Shown here in pieces: positions 10,448 to 23,325 of a stretch of DNA of 64,000 bases (position 1 is the stretch's first letter; each line of letters begins with the position of its first letter). The stretch is from Mobula hypostoma. Taxonomy: Eukaryota. Both the position numbers and the translations under genes were made by a program. The DNA is taken from the NCBI RefSeq assembly GCF_963921235.1, contig NC_086098.1, forward strand, positions 8,432,001 to 8,496,000, in the 5' to 3' direction. Below the pieces are notes generated by a model. The model was not told the origin of the DNA, made no database searches, and was given only the letters and a program-made list of their open reading frames with translations.

Positions 10448-12850
10448 CAGGGAGGGAGGCAAAAGAGGTGGGAGCATGGCACTGCTGATCAGAGATAGTG
10501 TCACGGCTGCAGAAAAGAAGGAAGACATGGAGGGGTTGTCTACGGAGTCTCTGTGGGTGGAAGTTAGAAACAGGAAGGGGTCAATAACTCGACTGGGTGT
10601 TTTTTATAGACCACCCATTAATAACAGGGACATCGAGGAGCAGACAGGGAGACAGATTCTGGAAAGATGCAATAATAACAAGGTTGTCGTGCTGATTCAT
10701 TTTAATTTCCCCAGTATTGATTGGCATCTCCCCAGAGCAAGGTGTTTCGATGGGGTGGAGTTTGTTAGGTATGTTCAGGAAGGTTTCCTGAACAATATGT
10801 AGATAAGCTGGCAAGAGGAGGGGCCGTACTTGATCTGGTATTGGGAAATGAACCTGGTCAGGTGTCAAGTCTCAGTTGAAGAGCATTTTGGAGATAGTGA
10901 TCACAATTCTATCCCCTTTACCATAGCATTGGAGAGGGATAGGAAGAGACAAGTTAGAAAAGTTGGAGTAAGGGGAAATATGAAGCTATCAGGCAGGAAC
11001 TTGGAAGCATAAATTGGGAACAGATGTTCTCAGGGAAATGTACGGCAGAAATGTGGCGAATATTCAAGGGATATTTGTGTGGTGTCCTGCATAGGTACGT
11101 TCCAATGAGACAGGGAAAGGATGGTAGGGTACAGGAACTGTGGTGTACAAAGGCTGTTGAAAATCTAGTCAAGAAGAAAAGAAAAGCTTACCAAAGGTTC
11201 AAAAAACTAGATAATGATAGAGATCTAGAAAATTATACGGCTAGCAGGATGAGCTTAAGAATGAAATTAGGAGAGCCAGAAGGGGCCATAAGAAGGACTT
11301 GGTGAGTAGGATTAAGGAAAACCCCAAGGCATGCTACAAGTACGTGAAAAGCAAGAGGATAAGACGTGAGAGAATAGAACCAATCAAGTGTGACAGTGGA
11401 AAAGTGTGTATAGAACCGGAGGAGATAGTGGAGGTACTTAATGAATACTTTGCTTTACTATTCACTACGGAAAGGGATCTTGGTGATTGTAGGGATGACC
11501 TGCAGCGGACTGAAAAGCTTGAACATGCAGATATTAAGGAAGAGGATGTGCTGGAGCTTTTGGAAAGCATCAGGTTGGATAAGTCACCGGGACTGGACGG
11601 GATGTACCCCAGGCTAATGTGGCAAGCGAGGGAGGAGATTGCTGAGACTCTGATAATGATCTTTGCTTCATCAATGAGGATGGGAGCGGTTCCAGAGGAT
11701 AGGAGGGTTGCGGATGTTGTTCCCTTATTCAAGAAAGGGAGGAAAGGTAGCCCAGGAAATTATAGACCAGTGAGTCTTACTTCAGTGGTTGGTAAATTGA
11801 TGGAGAAGATCCTGAGAGGCAAGATTTATGAACATTTGGAGAGGCATAATATGATAAGGAATTGTCAGCATGGTTTACCCACAGAGCTTAAGAGCCAACA
11901 GATATTGTTGCAGCTATGTAAGACCCTGGTCAGACCCCCATTGGTGTACTCTACTCAATTCTGGTTGCCTCACTCCAGGAAACATAGAAACATAGAAAAT
12001 AGGTGCAGGAGTAGGCCATTCGGCCCTTCAAGCCTGCACCGCCATTCCTTACGATCATGGGTGATCATCCAACTCAGAACCCTATACCTGCCTTCTCTCC
12101 ATACTCCCAATCTCTTTAGCCACAAGGGCCTTATCTAACTCCCTCTTAAATATAGCCAATGAACTGGCCTCAACTGTTTCCTGTGGCAGAGAATTCCACA
12201 GATTCACCACTCTCTGTGTGAATAAGTTTTTCCTCATCTCGGTCCTAAAAGGCCTTTATCCTCAAACTGTGACCCCTCGTTCTGGACTTCCCCAACATTG
12301 GGAACAATCTTCCTGCATCTAGCCTGTCCAATCCCTTTAGAATTTTATACGAAGGTCGTGGAAACCATAGAAAGGGTGCGGAGGAGATTTATAAGGATGT
12401 TGCCTGGATTGGGGAGCGTGTCTTATGAGAATAGGTTGAGTGAACTTGGCCTTTTCCTCTTGGGGCAACTGAGGATGAGAGGTGACCTGATAGAGGTGTA
12501 CAAGATAATGAGAGGCATTGATTGTGTGGATAGTCAGAGGCTTTTTCCCAGGGCTGAAATGGCTAGCACGAGAAGGCATAATTTTAAGGTGCATGGAAAC
12601 AGGTACAGAGGAGATGTCAGGGGTAAGTTTTTTACGCAGAGAGTGTTGGGTGGGTGGAATGGGCTGCCGACAACGGTGGTGGAGGTGGATACAATAGGGT
12701 CTTTTATAGAGTCTCGTAGATAGGTATATGGAGCTTAGAAAAATAGAGGGCTTTGTGTAACCTTAAGTAATTTCTAAAGTAAGTACATGTTTGACACAGC
12801 ATTGTTGGCCAAAGGGCTTGTATTGTGCTGTTGGTTTTCTATGTTTCTAT
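10448..12850 (+). mobile_element. CR1 LINE ORF2 pseudogene with internal RT deletion and a nested antisense CR1
   Basis: Endonuclease motifs (GVFYRPP, FNFPSIDW, HFGDSDHN) and NYRPVSLTS. Jumps to the C-terminus at about 11875 and resumes after the insertion at about 12350. Confidence 0.92.
11981..12349 (-). mobile_element. CR1 subfamily B 3' end nested in an older CR1
   Basis: Reverse complement of roughly 9930-10317, starting with the (AGAAACAT)n tail. Confidence 0.92.
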
Positions 12851-13204
12851 GCTGTCTGCTCCACGTTGATAAATGTAGTACTGTGCAAAAGTCTTAGGCA
12901 CCCTAGCTACATATATTTGTGCCCAAGACTTTCACACAGAACTGTAACTCAGGAAAGAAGGATGTGACAACAGCAGACATCTCTGGGTCCAGGTATATTA
13001 GTTGTAAGTGATTTGTATCCAGCACAAAGAAGCAATGGTTAACAAAATCAGCAGTCACTTTGTATCCCATGAAACCTTCATCCTCTGGCCAAGAGCAGCA
13101 CGGTTCTCTTGGTTGCCCGCTGTGTCTCTCTGACTGCTGTTCACCTCCTTTTGCCTACATTCTTACTTGCATCCTCACTCCCTCCTTCTCTCACCCCGCA
13201 TTTC

Positions 13205-14590
13205 AGAGCAACACACGCAAAATGCTGGAAGAACTCAGCAGGTCAGGTAGCATCTGTGGAAGTGAATATACGATCAACGCTTCAGGCTGAGACACTTTAT
13301 AAGTACTAGAAAGGGAGGGGAAAGAATCCCGAGTCAGGAAGTTGGGGGGGCAGTAGGCGAAAGAGTACAAATTAAAAGATGATAGGTGAAGCCAGGTGAC
13401 TGGGGGGGGGGGGTGGCAGATGAAGTAAGAAGCTGGGAGGTGATAGGTGGAAAAGGTAAAGGGCTGAAGAAGAAGGAATCTGATAGGAGAGGAGAGTGGA
13501 CCATGGAAGAAAGGGAAAGAGGCGGGGACACAAGGGAGGTGATAGGCAGGTAGAGACGAAGAAATGAGGTAAGACCAGAGCCAGAGTGGGGAGTGGATGA
13601 AAAGGGAAGGGGAGGGGGAAAATTAACAGAAGTTAGAGAAATTGATGTTTATACCATTAGGTTGGAGGCTACCTAAACAGAATATGAGGTATTGCCCCTC
13701 TAACCTGAGAGTAGAGGTGGCAGTAGAGGAGACCATAGACCAGCATGTTGGAATGGGAATGGGCTTTGGAATTAAAATGGTTGGCCACTGGGAAATCTTG
13801 CTTGTTGAGGATGGAGCCAGGGTGCTCAATGAAACAGTCTCCCAATCTATGCCAGGGTCTCACCAATGGAGAGGAGGCTGCATTGGGAACCCTGGATACA
13901 GAAGACGACCTTGCAGATTCGCAGGTGAGGTGTTGAAATCCGATGTAGTTGGTGAGACCCAACGTAGTTTGAGGGACTGCTTTGTCGGGCGCCTCCACTA
14001 CAACAAACAGGAGTCCCGACATGACGTCTCTCTTCCCTCATCCATCTGGTTTCACCGATCACTTTCTGGCTTCTACTCCTTCCCCTCCTCACCCCCCACT
14101 CCCCCACCTCACCCATCTTCTGGCTTCTTCTCATTTCCATTCCAGTCCTGTCCCCTTGTATATTTATTATCGAGGTATGTGTGCAGTTTCCAGTCCTGAA
14201 ATCCATCTTCCTCACAGACAGCCACGAAACAGAGAAACCATGGAACTCATTCAAAGAAAAAAAACATCGAACTCCCAAAGCACAAAAAAAAGAACAAACT
14301 ATGAAAATGGCAAAAAAGGAGCAAAAAACACAGAATATAAAACATCAAACCACAGAAGTCAAAGAAACAGTCCAGGACTATCCAGTTCACTTCAATTCAG
14401 TTCAGTCTAGCACTGTCTCATTCATTGAGTGCAGGCTGCAGAGCCACTCCGCCCTGACACAAATCACACAAAATAGCAACAAAAAAGGAGCAACTGGATG
14501 CCAGAAGCACATCATAACTTGAACTACAGAGATGAAGGGTCTCAGCTCGAAATATTTCTCTCCATTGATGCTGACTGACCTGTTTGCCAA
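13205..14590. mobile_element. Penelope-like element remnant with inverted arrangement (minus 13205-13935, plus 13936-14590)
   Basis: Minus strand: LGDCFIEH...DFPVANHFNS and LRLEGQYLIFCLGSLQPNGININFSNF. Plus strand: VGETQRSLRDCFV, then a pseudo-LTR interrupted at 14151-14531. Confidence 0.85.
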
Positions 14591-14596
14591 GGACAA

Positions 14597-15225
14597 TTTA
14601 GATTATGAAGACACACAGTCCTCTTTTATTGTCATTTAGTAATGTATGCATTAAGAAATGATACAATATTTCCTCCGGTGTGATATCACAAAACACAGGA
14701 CAGACCAAGACTGAAAAAACTAACAAAACCACATAATTATAACATATAGTTACAACAGTGCAACAATACCGTAACTCGATGAAGAACAGTTCATGGCACA
14801 GTAAAAAAGTTCAAAGTCTCTCAAATGTCCCACATCTCATGCAGACGGGAGAAGGAAGAAAAACTCCTCCTGCCATGCCCAACCACAGTCTGACTCTGAG
14901 TCGTCCGAAAACTTCGAGCCTCTGATCAGCTCTCCAACACCGAGTCCCGAGCACCATCTCTATCTGAGCGATTCGACCTCAATCTCGGTCGCCAACAGCA
15001 GGCAAAGCCGGGGATTTTTTTGGCCTTCCCTCCGAAAGATTCACGATCGCGCAGTAACGACAGCAGCGAACGCGTGTTTCAGAAATTTCTCCAGATGTTC
15101 CTCTGTGCTTTCACGTCCGTCTCCATTAAATCAGAATTGTCCACGGCCCCTATTTAACGGATACGATACCATTTTTCACTGGAGGGCTGCGCACGCGTGG
15201 CGTGCTGCTTCTCTCTCCTCCCACC
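14597..15225 (-). mobile_element. Non-autonomous retroposon with a LINE-like 3' tail (also at 61811-62194, and tail only at 28553-28622)
   Basis: Shares GTCCTCTTTTATTGTCATTTAG...CCACATAATTATAACATATAGTTAC with 61811-62194. CpG-rich 5' part, no recognisable ORF. Confidence 0.7.
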
Positions 15226-15314
15226 TTTTTTACTGTGGCTAATTAGCCTAGCAGCCTGTCATCATTGGCATTTGGTGGGGAGCAGGAGAAGAACAGGAGA
15301 CTTATTTATTCCTT

Positions 15315-15810
15315 GACAAACTCAGCAACTCATTGAGTGGATGTACCCTGGAGAGCATTCCAAATGGCTGCATCACTGTCTGGTATTGGGGGTGAGGGGC
15401 TACTGGGCAGGGTTGACATAAGCTGTAAAAGTTGTGAACTCAGTCAGCTCCATCACTGACACCAGCCTCCCCAGTATCCAGACATCTTCAAGAAGCAATA
15501 CTTCAAAAGGGCAGCATCCATCACGAAGGACCCCCCGCACCCAGGACATGCCCTCTTCTGATTGCTACCATCAGGGATGAAGTCGAGGAGCCTGAAGACA
15601 CGTGCTTCTTCTCTTCTGCCATCAGATTTCTGAAGGGACATTGAACCCATGAACATTATGTCATTATTTTTTTTCTCTTTTTGCACTAATTATTTCAAAG
15701 TTTACTTACTGTAAGTTACAGTTTTTATTATTGTGTATTGCATTGTACTGCTGCCGCACAACAACAAATTTCACAACATATGCTGGTGATATTAAATTTG
15801 GTTCTGATCC
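15315..15810 (+). mobile_element. Rex1/Babar LINE 3' fragment
   Basis: CTLESIPNGCITVWY and AASITKDPPHPGHALF-like remnants, plus the 3' UTR repeated throughout the window. Confidence 0.8.
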
Positions 15811-16629
15811 TAGGTTCCTCATTCCTGATACTAATTGTCAACAATTGACTGATTGATTGGTTATAGTAATTATGGACTCAGGAAGGTGAAATCAAGGGAA
15901 CATGTCTATTGCATACTACCCTGAGATTCCTTTTCTTGTGGGCATTCAGAGTAAATGCGAAGAAACATGACAGAGTCAATGAAGAACCACACAAGACAAA
16001 GATGGACAAAGAAACGATGTGCAAGAGACAACAAACTGTGCAAGTACAAAAAGAAATGAAAATAATAACAATATTCAATACATAAGCAATAAATATTGAG
16101 AACATGAGTTGTAGAGTCCTTAAAGGTCCTTAATATTCAGTAAAGAGGAAAGAGGATAACATGCATTTGGGGGAGAAGCTGATGGTTAACGAGACAGCAC
16201 CAAGGCTGTGGCTGATTCAAAGAGGCAACAAAACTGTGCTGGCCTAACCAGCTTTCTTTTTCTTGTGTCACTCTGCAATTAATAATCAGAGTCTCATTTG
16301 CATCCTTTAACAATCTGGCATGTAGTTACACAGAGTTATTCAGTGTTTTGTGATAAATTCAGTCAACTAAATGATTAATACAGAAATTAGACAGAGATAA
16401 ATTGACAGCATGTGAAAGTAGAAAACACTGTAATGAATAACAGCATAATTTGAGTGGATTGTGTTAAAAATCAGTTCCTTCTTTATTAACTACACATTAA
16501 TTTGATATAATTCATGCAGTGTGTTCAATTAACACCAGACTTAAGTGGAATGCTGCAGTTTTGCAATGTGTTGTAGGCCTGATAATGTTGCCAATGTCTA
16601 GGTACAGGCAAGTAGTAACATTTCCCATG

Positions 16630-17075
16630 AACTAAGTACACCTGTACACCTTTTCATCAATGCAAATATCAAATCAGCCAATCACGCTTAGTGCATAAAA
16701 GCATGCAGACATGGTCAAGAGGTTCAGTTGTTGTTCAGCCCAAAGATCAGAACGGGAAAGAAATGTGATCTGAGTGATGTTGATCACGGAAACAATTGTT
16801 GGTGCCAGACAGGGTGGTTTGAGTATCTCAGAAACTGCTGATCTCTTGGGATTTTCATGCACAACAGTCTCGAGAGTTTACAGAGAATGATGTGAAAAAC
16901 AAGAAAAAGTCCAGTGAGCTGCAGTTCTTTGCGTGAAAATGCTTAATTAATGAGAGAGGTGAAAGGAGAATGGCCAGACTGGTTCGAGCTGACAGGAAAG
17001 CAACAGTAACTCAAGTAACTGCGTGTTACAACAGTCACTGATGTGCAAAGAGCATCTCTGAATGTACAAAAGGTG
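16630..17075 (+). mobile_element. Non-autonomous Tc1-like DNA transposon fragment
   Basis: Remnant of the Tc1 N-terminal coding region (IVGARQGGLSISETADLLGFS). Same family in reverse at 20090-20492 and 29400-30420. Confidence 0.85.
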
Positions 17076-17219
17076 CTGCAATTTCCTCCCATTTTACAAA
17101 GGTGTTGAAGATCCAGTACTAGGTTAATTGGTCACGTGGATACTTGGGCAGCACAGGCTCATGGGTGGAAGGGCCTATAACCATGCTTCTGATTTAAGCA
17201 CTGAACAGGTTACATTACA

Positions 17220-17495
17220 AACATGAGAAATTCTGCAGTTGCTGGAAATCCAAAGCATCATACACAAAATGGTGGAGGAACTCAGCAGGTCAGGCAGCAT
17301 CTATGGAGATGAATAAACAGCCGACCCTCTTCAGGACTGAGAAGGAAGGGGGAAAATGCCAGAGTAAAAAGGTGGGGGGAGGGGAAGGGGGCTAGCTGGA
17401 AGGTGATCGGTGAAACCAGGTGGGTGGGAAAGTCAAGGGCTGGAGATGAAGGAATCTGATAGGAAAGGAGAGTGGACCTTTAGAGAAAGGGAAGA
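17220..17495 (-). mobile_element. Penelope pseudo-LTR fragment with a deleted hammerhead
   Basis: GGAGGAACTCAGCAGGTCAGGCAGCATC...CTTCAGGACTG, homologous to 5826-6000 and 13205-13520. Confidence 0.8.
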
Positions 17496-17664
17496 TTACA
17501 TTCATTTTGTTTTATTCTAATGAAATAGCAGAAGTTCACTTCTTATTGCAAATCATTAGAAATAGCAAATGTTTTAAATTAAAATGAAATGATCTGCCAT
17601 TTTGTTGCATGTCTGTTTCAGTACTTTGCTGACTTCGATCAATACTAATGTACAAATACAAAAT

Positions 17665-18375
17665 TAGACCAAAAGACCATAAGAAATAGGAGCAGAGTTC
17701 AGCCATTCAGCCCATCAAGTCTGCTCTGCCATTCCATCATGCCTGATCCCAGATCCCAGGTCCCACTCAACTCCATACACCTGCTTTCTCACCATATCCT
17801 TTGATGCCCTGACCAATCAGGAAACTATCAACTTCTGCCTTAAATATATGCACAGACCTAGCCTCCACTGCGGTCTACAGCAGAGCATTCCATAGATTTA
17901 CTATTCTCTGGCTAAAAAAATTCCTCCTTATCTCTGTTGTAAAGGGTCACCCCTCAATTTTGAGGCTGTGCCCTCTAGTTCTGAATCCCCCACCATAGGA
18001 AGCATCCTCTCCACATCCAACCTATCTAGTCCTTTCAACATTCAGTCAGCTTCAATGAGATCCCCCTTCATTTTTCTAAATTCCAGTGAGTTCAAGCCCA
18101 AAGCTGCCAAATGCTCCTCATATGTTAACTCCTTCATTCCCGGAATCATCCTCATGAACCTCCTCTGGACTCTCTCCATCGACACACATCATTTCTGAGA
18201 TACGGGGCCCAAAACTGTTGACAATACTCCAAGTGTGGCCTGACTTGTGTCTTATAAAGGCTCAGCTTTCTCTCCTTGCTTTTATATTCTATTCCTCCTG
18301 AAATAAATGCCAACATTGCATTTGCCTTTTTTACCACAGACCCAACCTGTGAACTACCCTTCAGGGTGTCTTGCA
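17665..18375 (-). mobile_element. CR1 LINE 3' fragment
   Basis: Minus ORF KKANAMLAFISGGIEYKS...RPHLEYCQQFWAPY. Tail at the left end. Confidence 0.92.
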
Positions 18376-19219
18376 TCCATCTTCAACACGTTTGACCAGA
18401 TAACTTTATGCTCAGCATCATAACTGAACAAAGAACGATGTATGGTGCTCTTACTAATTTTCACCAAAGCTATCGGCATTCGAGAGATTTACATTCCCCC
18501 CTCCAATTATACCTCACTTCCTGTCACGATTTAATTAGCCTTTTAAGTTGTTGAAAAAAATAATGGAATGCATCGTATTTGAACTTTAATTAAATAGAGA
18601 TAATTAGCCAATTATTGTAAACATTTTATTGAACTGTAAAAACTAAATGAGGCCTTTACATGTCCTCACAGATTCTTTATCTGCAGAAATCATTGCAAGA
18701 AATTTTGGAGGAAGAAAACCAGAAAAATGATTCTAACTGCCTGATATTTTTGGCAATTAATGATTAATAATGATAAAGACTACATTAAAATATGCACTTA
18801 AACAGAAAAAATTCCATTCTGTCTGATGTCATCTTATTAGCTATCCTTGAGTTTCACTGCAGTGAGAATAATTTTGATTTATCTCCTTGGGGAATGAATT
18901 CCACCAACAGCTGATCTCTCCATTCACCATGTTTAATGATGCACGAAATTTCTTTGAGTGGTGCCCATTTATCTTTATCAATGAGAACTTATGCCGTGCT
19001 GTCAGTTATCAGGACATGATATTCCACGGATGAGCCCCATTGAACACCCACAATTTGGAATTTTACCGAGATAAAATTATCAATTGAAATTGTCTGAGTT
19101 CCGCTGATGTCCTTAATAAAACTAATTCAACCTTAGACTCATGTTATAAGTTTATTCTCAGATCTCTGGTATCTATTATTGCCTCCTTCTCATCCAAAAT
19201 TTATGGGGGGTCAATTTCT

Positions 19220-19848
19220 AAACATGAGCAAGTCTGCGGACACTGGAAATACAAGGTAACACACACAAAATTCTGAGGAACTCAGCAGTCAGGCAGCATC
19301 TATGGAAGCGAATGAACAGTCAATGTTTAGGACCAAGACACTTCATCAGGACAGGCCAGGAAGGGGGAAGACACCAAGATAAAAAGGTGGGGGGGGGGAG
19401 GGAAGGAGGGTAGCTAAAAGGTGGTAGGTGAAGTCAGGTGGGTAGGAAAGGTGAAGGGTTGAAAAAGAAGGAATCTGATAACAGAGGAGAAAGGAAATGA
19501 GGCGGAGGCCAGGGAGAGGTGAGAAGCAGGTGAGAAGAGGTAAGAGGCCAGAATGGGGAGGGGGGGATGGAAAAATCCTTCTTGCAGAAGGAGAAATTAA
19601 TACTCATGCCATCATGTTGGAGGATACTCAGACGGAATATAAGGTGCTACTCCTCCAGCTTGAGGGCGGCCCCATCTTGGCACAAGAGAAGGCCATGGAC
19701 CAACATGTCGGAACATGAATGAGAATTGGAATTCAAATGTTCGGTCACCGGGAAGTTCCAATTTTGGTGAACGGAGCAGAGGTGCTCATTGAAGCCGCCC
19801 CCACCCCCCCCCCCCCAATTTAGGACGGGTCTCATGAGAGTAGAGGAT
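19220..19848 (-). mobile_element. Penelope-like element 3' fragment
   Basis: FNEHLCSV...FPVTEHLNSNSHSCSDMLVHGLLLCQ...KLEE, with a decayed hammerhead at about 19318-19353. Confidence 0.85.
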
Positions 19849-20089
19849 ACTTTCCTCATCAGGTTCGAGAATGCAGCCAATGTAGAAGTTTGAATTAAAT
19901 TTACAGGGATTGAATAGGTGCCAAAGTCTCCAAAATAGCAAGACGATTGTGTGAATAATGTTGCATTGGATACATAATTCATACAGTTATCGAAGTGTAA
20001 AATGGCTGATATTGAATTGGCTTCAGACTGCGAAATCAGTAAGAGTGAAAATCAAATTCAGATCAAGAATAAACTTTATTTGCCATGTA

Positions 20090-20492
20090 CACTCAGTGGC
20101 CAAATCATTAGGTACAGAAATGGAACCCTGTATGCTTTTCTGCTGCTGTAGCCCATCCACTTCAAAGTTTGACGTGCTGTGCTTTCAGAGATGCTCATCT
20201 TCACACAACAGTTGTACACAAGGTTATATGAGATATTGTCTCCTTCCCGTCAGCTTGAACCACTCTGGCCATTCTCCTCTCACCTCTCGGATTAACAAGG
20301 TATTTTCGCCCGCAGAAATGCTGCTCATTGGATGTTTTTATTTGTTTTTTGCACATTCCTCTGCAAACTCCAGAGAGTTGTTTCATGAAAATCCCAAGTG
20401 ATCATCACTTTCTGAGATACTCAAACCACCCCGACTGGCACCAACAATCATTCACGGTCAAAGTCACTTAGATCACATTTCTTCTCCATTCA
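20090..20492 (-). mobile_element. Non-autonomous Tc1-like transposon fragment
   Basis: Begins TA-CACTCAGTGGCCA (TIR). Antisense to 16630-17075. Confidence 0.85.
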
Positions 20493-20774
20493 AATGGCAA
20501 GTAATGGCATTACATGTAATGACATTCTAATTCCAAAATGACAAGTAGATTGTGTGAATTATTTTCAGTTGGATACCTTGGTATTATGGGTATCAAAAGT
20601 GTAAAATGGGTGATATTGCATTGACCTCACATTGTATAGCACATCTGTTTTCCCTACTATGGAAATCAATAAGATGGAAAATCAAATTAGGTTCAATGAT
20701 CAATGATCACCTTTATTCATCATAAACTGTACATTTACAAGTATCAGGAAATTGTTGTGGTGTGCTACTGCGAT

Positions 20775-21592
20775 ATGTAAATTGGGCAAAAAAGTGGCAG
20801 ATGGAATACAATGCTGGAAAATATATTTTGGTAAAAGGAACAACAATGCAGACTATTATCTACATGGGGAGAAGGTTCAAACATCAGAGGTGCAGAGAGA
20901 CTTAGGAATCCTCGTGCAAACCAGGAATCCAGGTTAACTAACCCGTTGACTCTGTGGTGAAGAAAGCAAATGCGATGTTGCCACTTATTTCAAGGGGAAT
21001 AGAATATAAGAGCAAGGAGATAATGTTGAACCTTTATAAGACATTAGTCAGGCTGCACTTGGAGTTTTAGGTCCCATATCTCAGAAAGGATGTGTTGTCA
21101 TTGGAGAAAGTCCAGAGGAGGTTTGCTAGGATGATTCCAGGAATGAAGAGGTTAACACATGAGGAACATTCAGCAGCTTTGGGCCTGTACTCACTGAAAT
21201 TTAGAAGGATACAGGGGGATCTCATTGAAATCTACCGAATGTTGAAAGGACTAGATAGGGTGGAAGTAGAGAGGAGGCATCCAGAACTAGAGGGCACAGC
21301 CTCAAAACTGAGGGGTGATCCTTTAGAACAGGGGTAAGGAGGAATTTTTTTTTTTTACACAGGGAGTAGTAAATTTGTGGAATGTTCTGCCACAAACTGC
21401 GGTGGAGGCCAAGTCAGTGAGTATATTTAAGGTGGAAGTTGAACATTTCCTGATCGGTCAGGGCATCAAAGGATATGGCGAGAAGGCAGGTGTATGGGGT
21501 TGGGTGGGATCCGGCTCAGCCATGATGGAATGGTGAACAAGACTCGATGGGCTGAGTGGCCTTATTCTGCTCCTGTGTCTTATGGTCTTATA
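20775..21592 (+). mobile_element. CR1 LINE 3' fragment
   Basis: VQRDLGILVQ and LEKVQRRFARMIPGMK motifs, ending in a TCTTATGGTCTTA tail. Confidence 0.9.
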
Positions 21593-22171
21593 CAACAAAC
21601 ACAATATTCAGCAATTATAAATAATTAATCAATTGTATAAAAATAAAGGTAGAAGTACAGATATGGAATAAAATGTGCATACATACATAAATACAAGTAT
21701 GTACTTAGAAACAAACAGCATTATGAAAGGTATTTTAAAGTAGTTACAGTGTAGTAACAGGAATAATAGATAGGGGGCGGCTAACATGAATGATTGATCA
21801 GATTAACTGCCTGTGGGAAGAAACTTCTAAGGTGGTGTGAAATTTTTGTTTTAATATCTCAATTTAAAATTGGGCATAATCAGTGACCCAGTTAAAACTA
21901 ACCCGCTCTCACCTTGTTGGGTATGTATAAAGTTTAACCTCCAGCTAATTCTCAAAAGAATTAATCCAATGTACCAACAAGTAATCGAACCAAGTATTTT
22001 TTTTAATATATTCAAGTTCCTACTACCTTCAAAACAACCAAATACAATCCAGATTTGTCATGGTTGGTGCAGCAGCAGAAGTCCTACTGAAAGTAAACCA
22101 TCTCCTTGATCTTTTATGAATATGCACCAGAGATTATAATTTCACATAATCAGTATCTGTGCTCTACCTTA

Positions 22172-23325
22172 GATTGTGCAGTTTCAGTGCTGTGTGTCAG
22201 ACATGGCTCTAAGCAGCACTGGGGCTCCAAAGAGGACTGCATTGGCTCCCTTTCTGTTTACCCTGTATACCTTAGACTTTGAGTCATGTCATCTGCAGAA
22301 ATTCTCTGGTAACTCAGCAATAGTTGGGTGTATAAAGGGAAGGCGGGAGGATGAATACAAAGCCCTGGTGGAGGACTTTGTCAGATGGCGCAAGCTGAAT
22401 CATCTGCAGCTCAACATCAGTAAGACAAAGGAGATAGTGATGGTGACTAAGTCTCCACTGCTCCCTGTTTCAACTGATGGTGAGGATGTGGATGTGGTGA
22501 GGACCTACAAGTACCTGGGGGTACACCAGGATGACAGACTTGAAAACAGCACCAACACAGAGGTTGTGTACACAAAGGACCAGAGTTGCCTCTACTTCCT
22601 GAGGAGACTGAAGTTCTTTGGAGTATGCAGGCCTCTCCTTCAAATGTTCTACCAGTCTGTTGTCTCCAGTACAATCTTCTATCTGGTGGTGTGCTGGGGC
22701 GATGGCATCAGGCTCAATGAACTGATTAGAAAGGCTGGCTCTGTTATGGGAGTCAAACTGGACACACTGGAGGCTGTGGTAGAACAAAGAACCTTCCAGG
22801 AAATCCTGGCAGTTCTGGACAATGTTTCTCACCCTCTGCATTCCACCTTGGCTGAACAGAGGAGCACTTTCAGTAATAGACTAAGACAACTGTGCTGTAC
22901 CAAAGGGTGTTATATGAGATCATTCTTACCCTCGGCCATTAGGCTCTATAATGAGTCAACCTATAGCGGGGGAAGTGATGACACCCTCCTGTTAGACTAT
23001 TATTAATCTCTGTTTACCAGAGCTCTGTTTAAACTCAGTTTACCACGTCCTTCTATTGCGGAAACCCTGTGCAATACTACCGTCACTTTTTATCTGGACG
23101 GTACGAATGGGCACCCATCGCTATATAATATTATGGTAATTCATGCATTACCACATTTTCAGTGCAAACTTGGACATCATGTAAATCTTGTAATCTTATT
23201 TTTAAGGTAACTTGTTTTCTTATTCTCTCTTGCTTCTCTTCTGATATTTGTGTATCTGTGCACTTGTAATGCTACTGTGACACTGTAATTTCATTTGGGA
23301 TCAATAAGATATCTATCTGCATCGA
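22172..23325 (+). mobile_element. Rex1/Babar LINE 3' portion
   Basis: ORF 22176-23006: APFLFTLYT, NHLQLNISKTKE, YKYLGV, LYFLRRL, SHPLH, RSFLPSAIRLYN. The 3' UTR ends GGGATCAATAAG... Confidence 0.92.

Larger units (their letters stand above)
8812..12946. mobile_element. Composite MITE element in three pieces (8812-8878, 10318-10447, 12851-12946), split by CR1 insertions
   Basis: The pieces are colinear with the intact element at 50426-50949. Confidence 0.8.
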
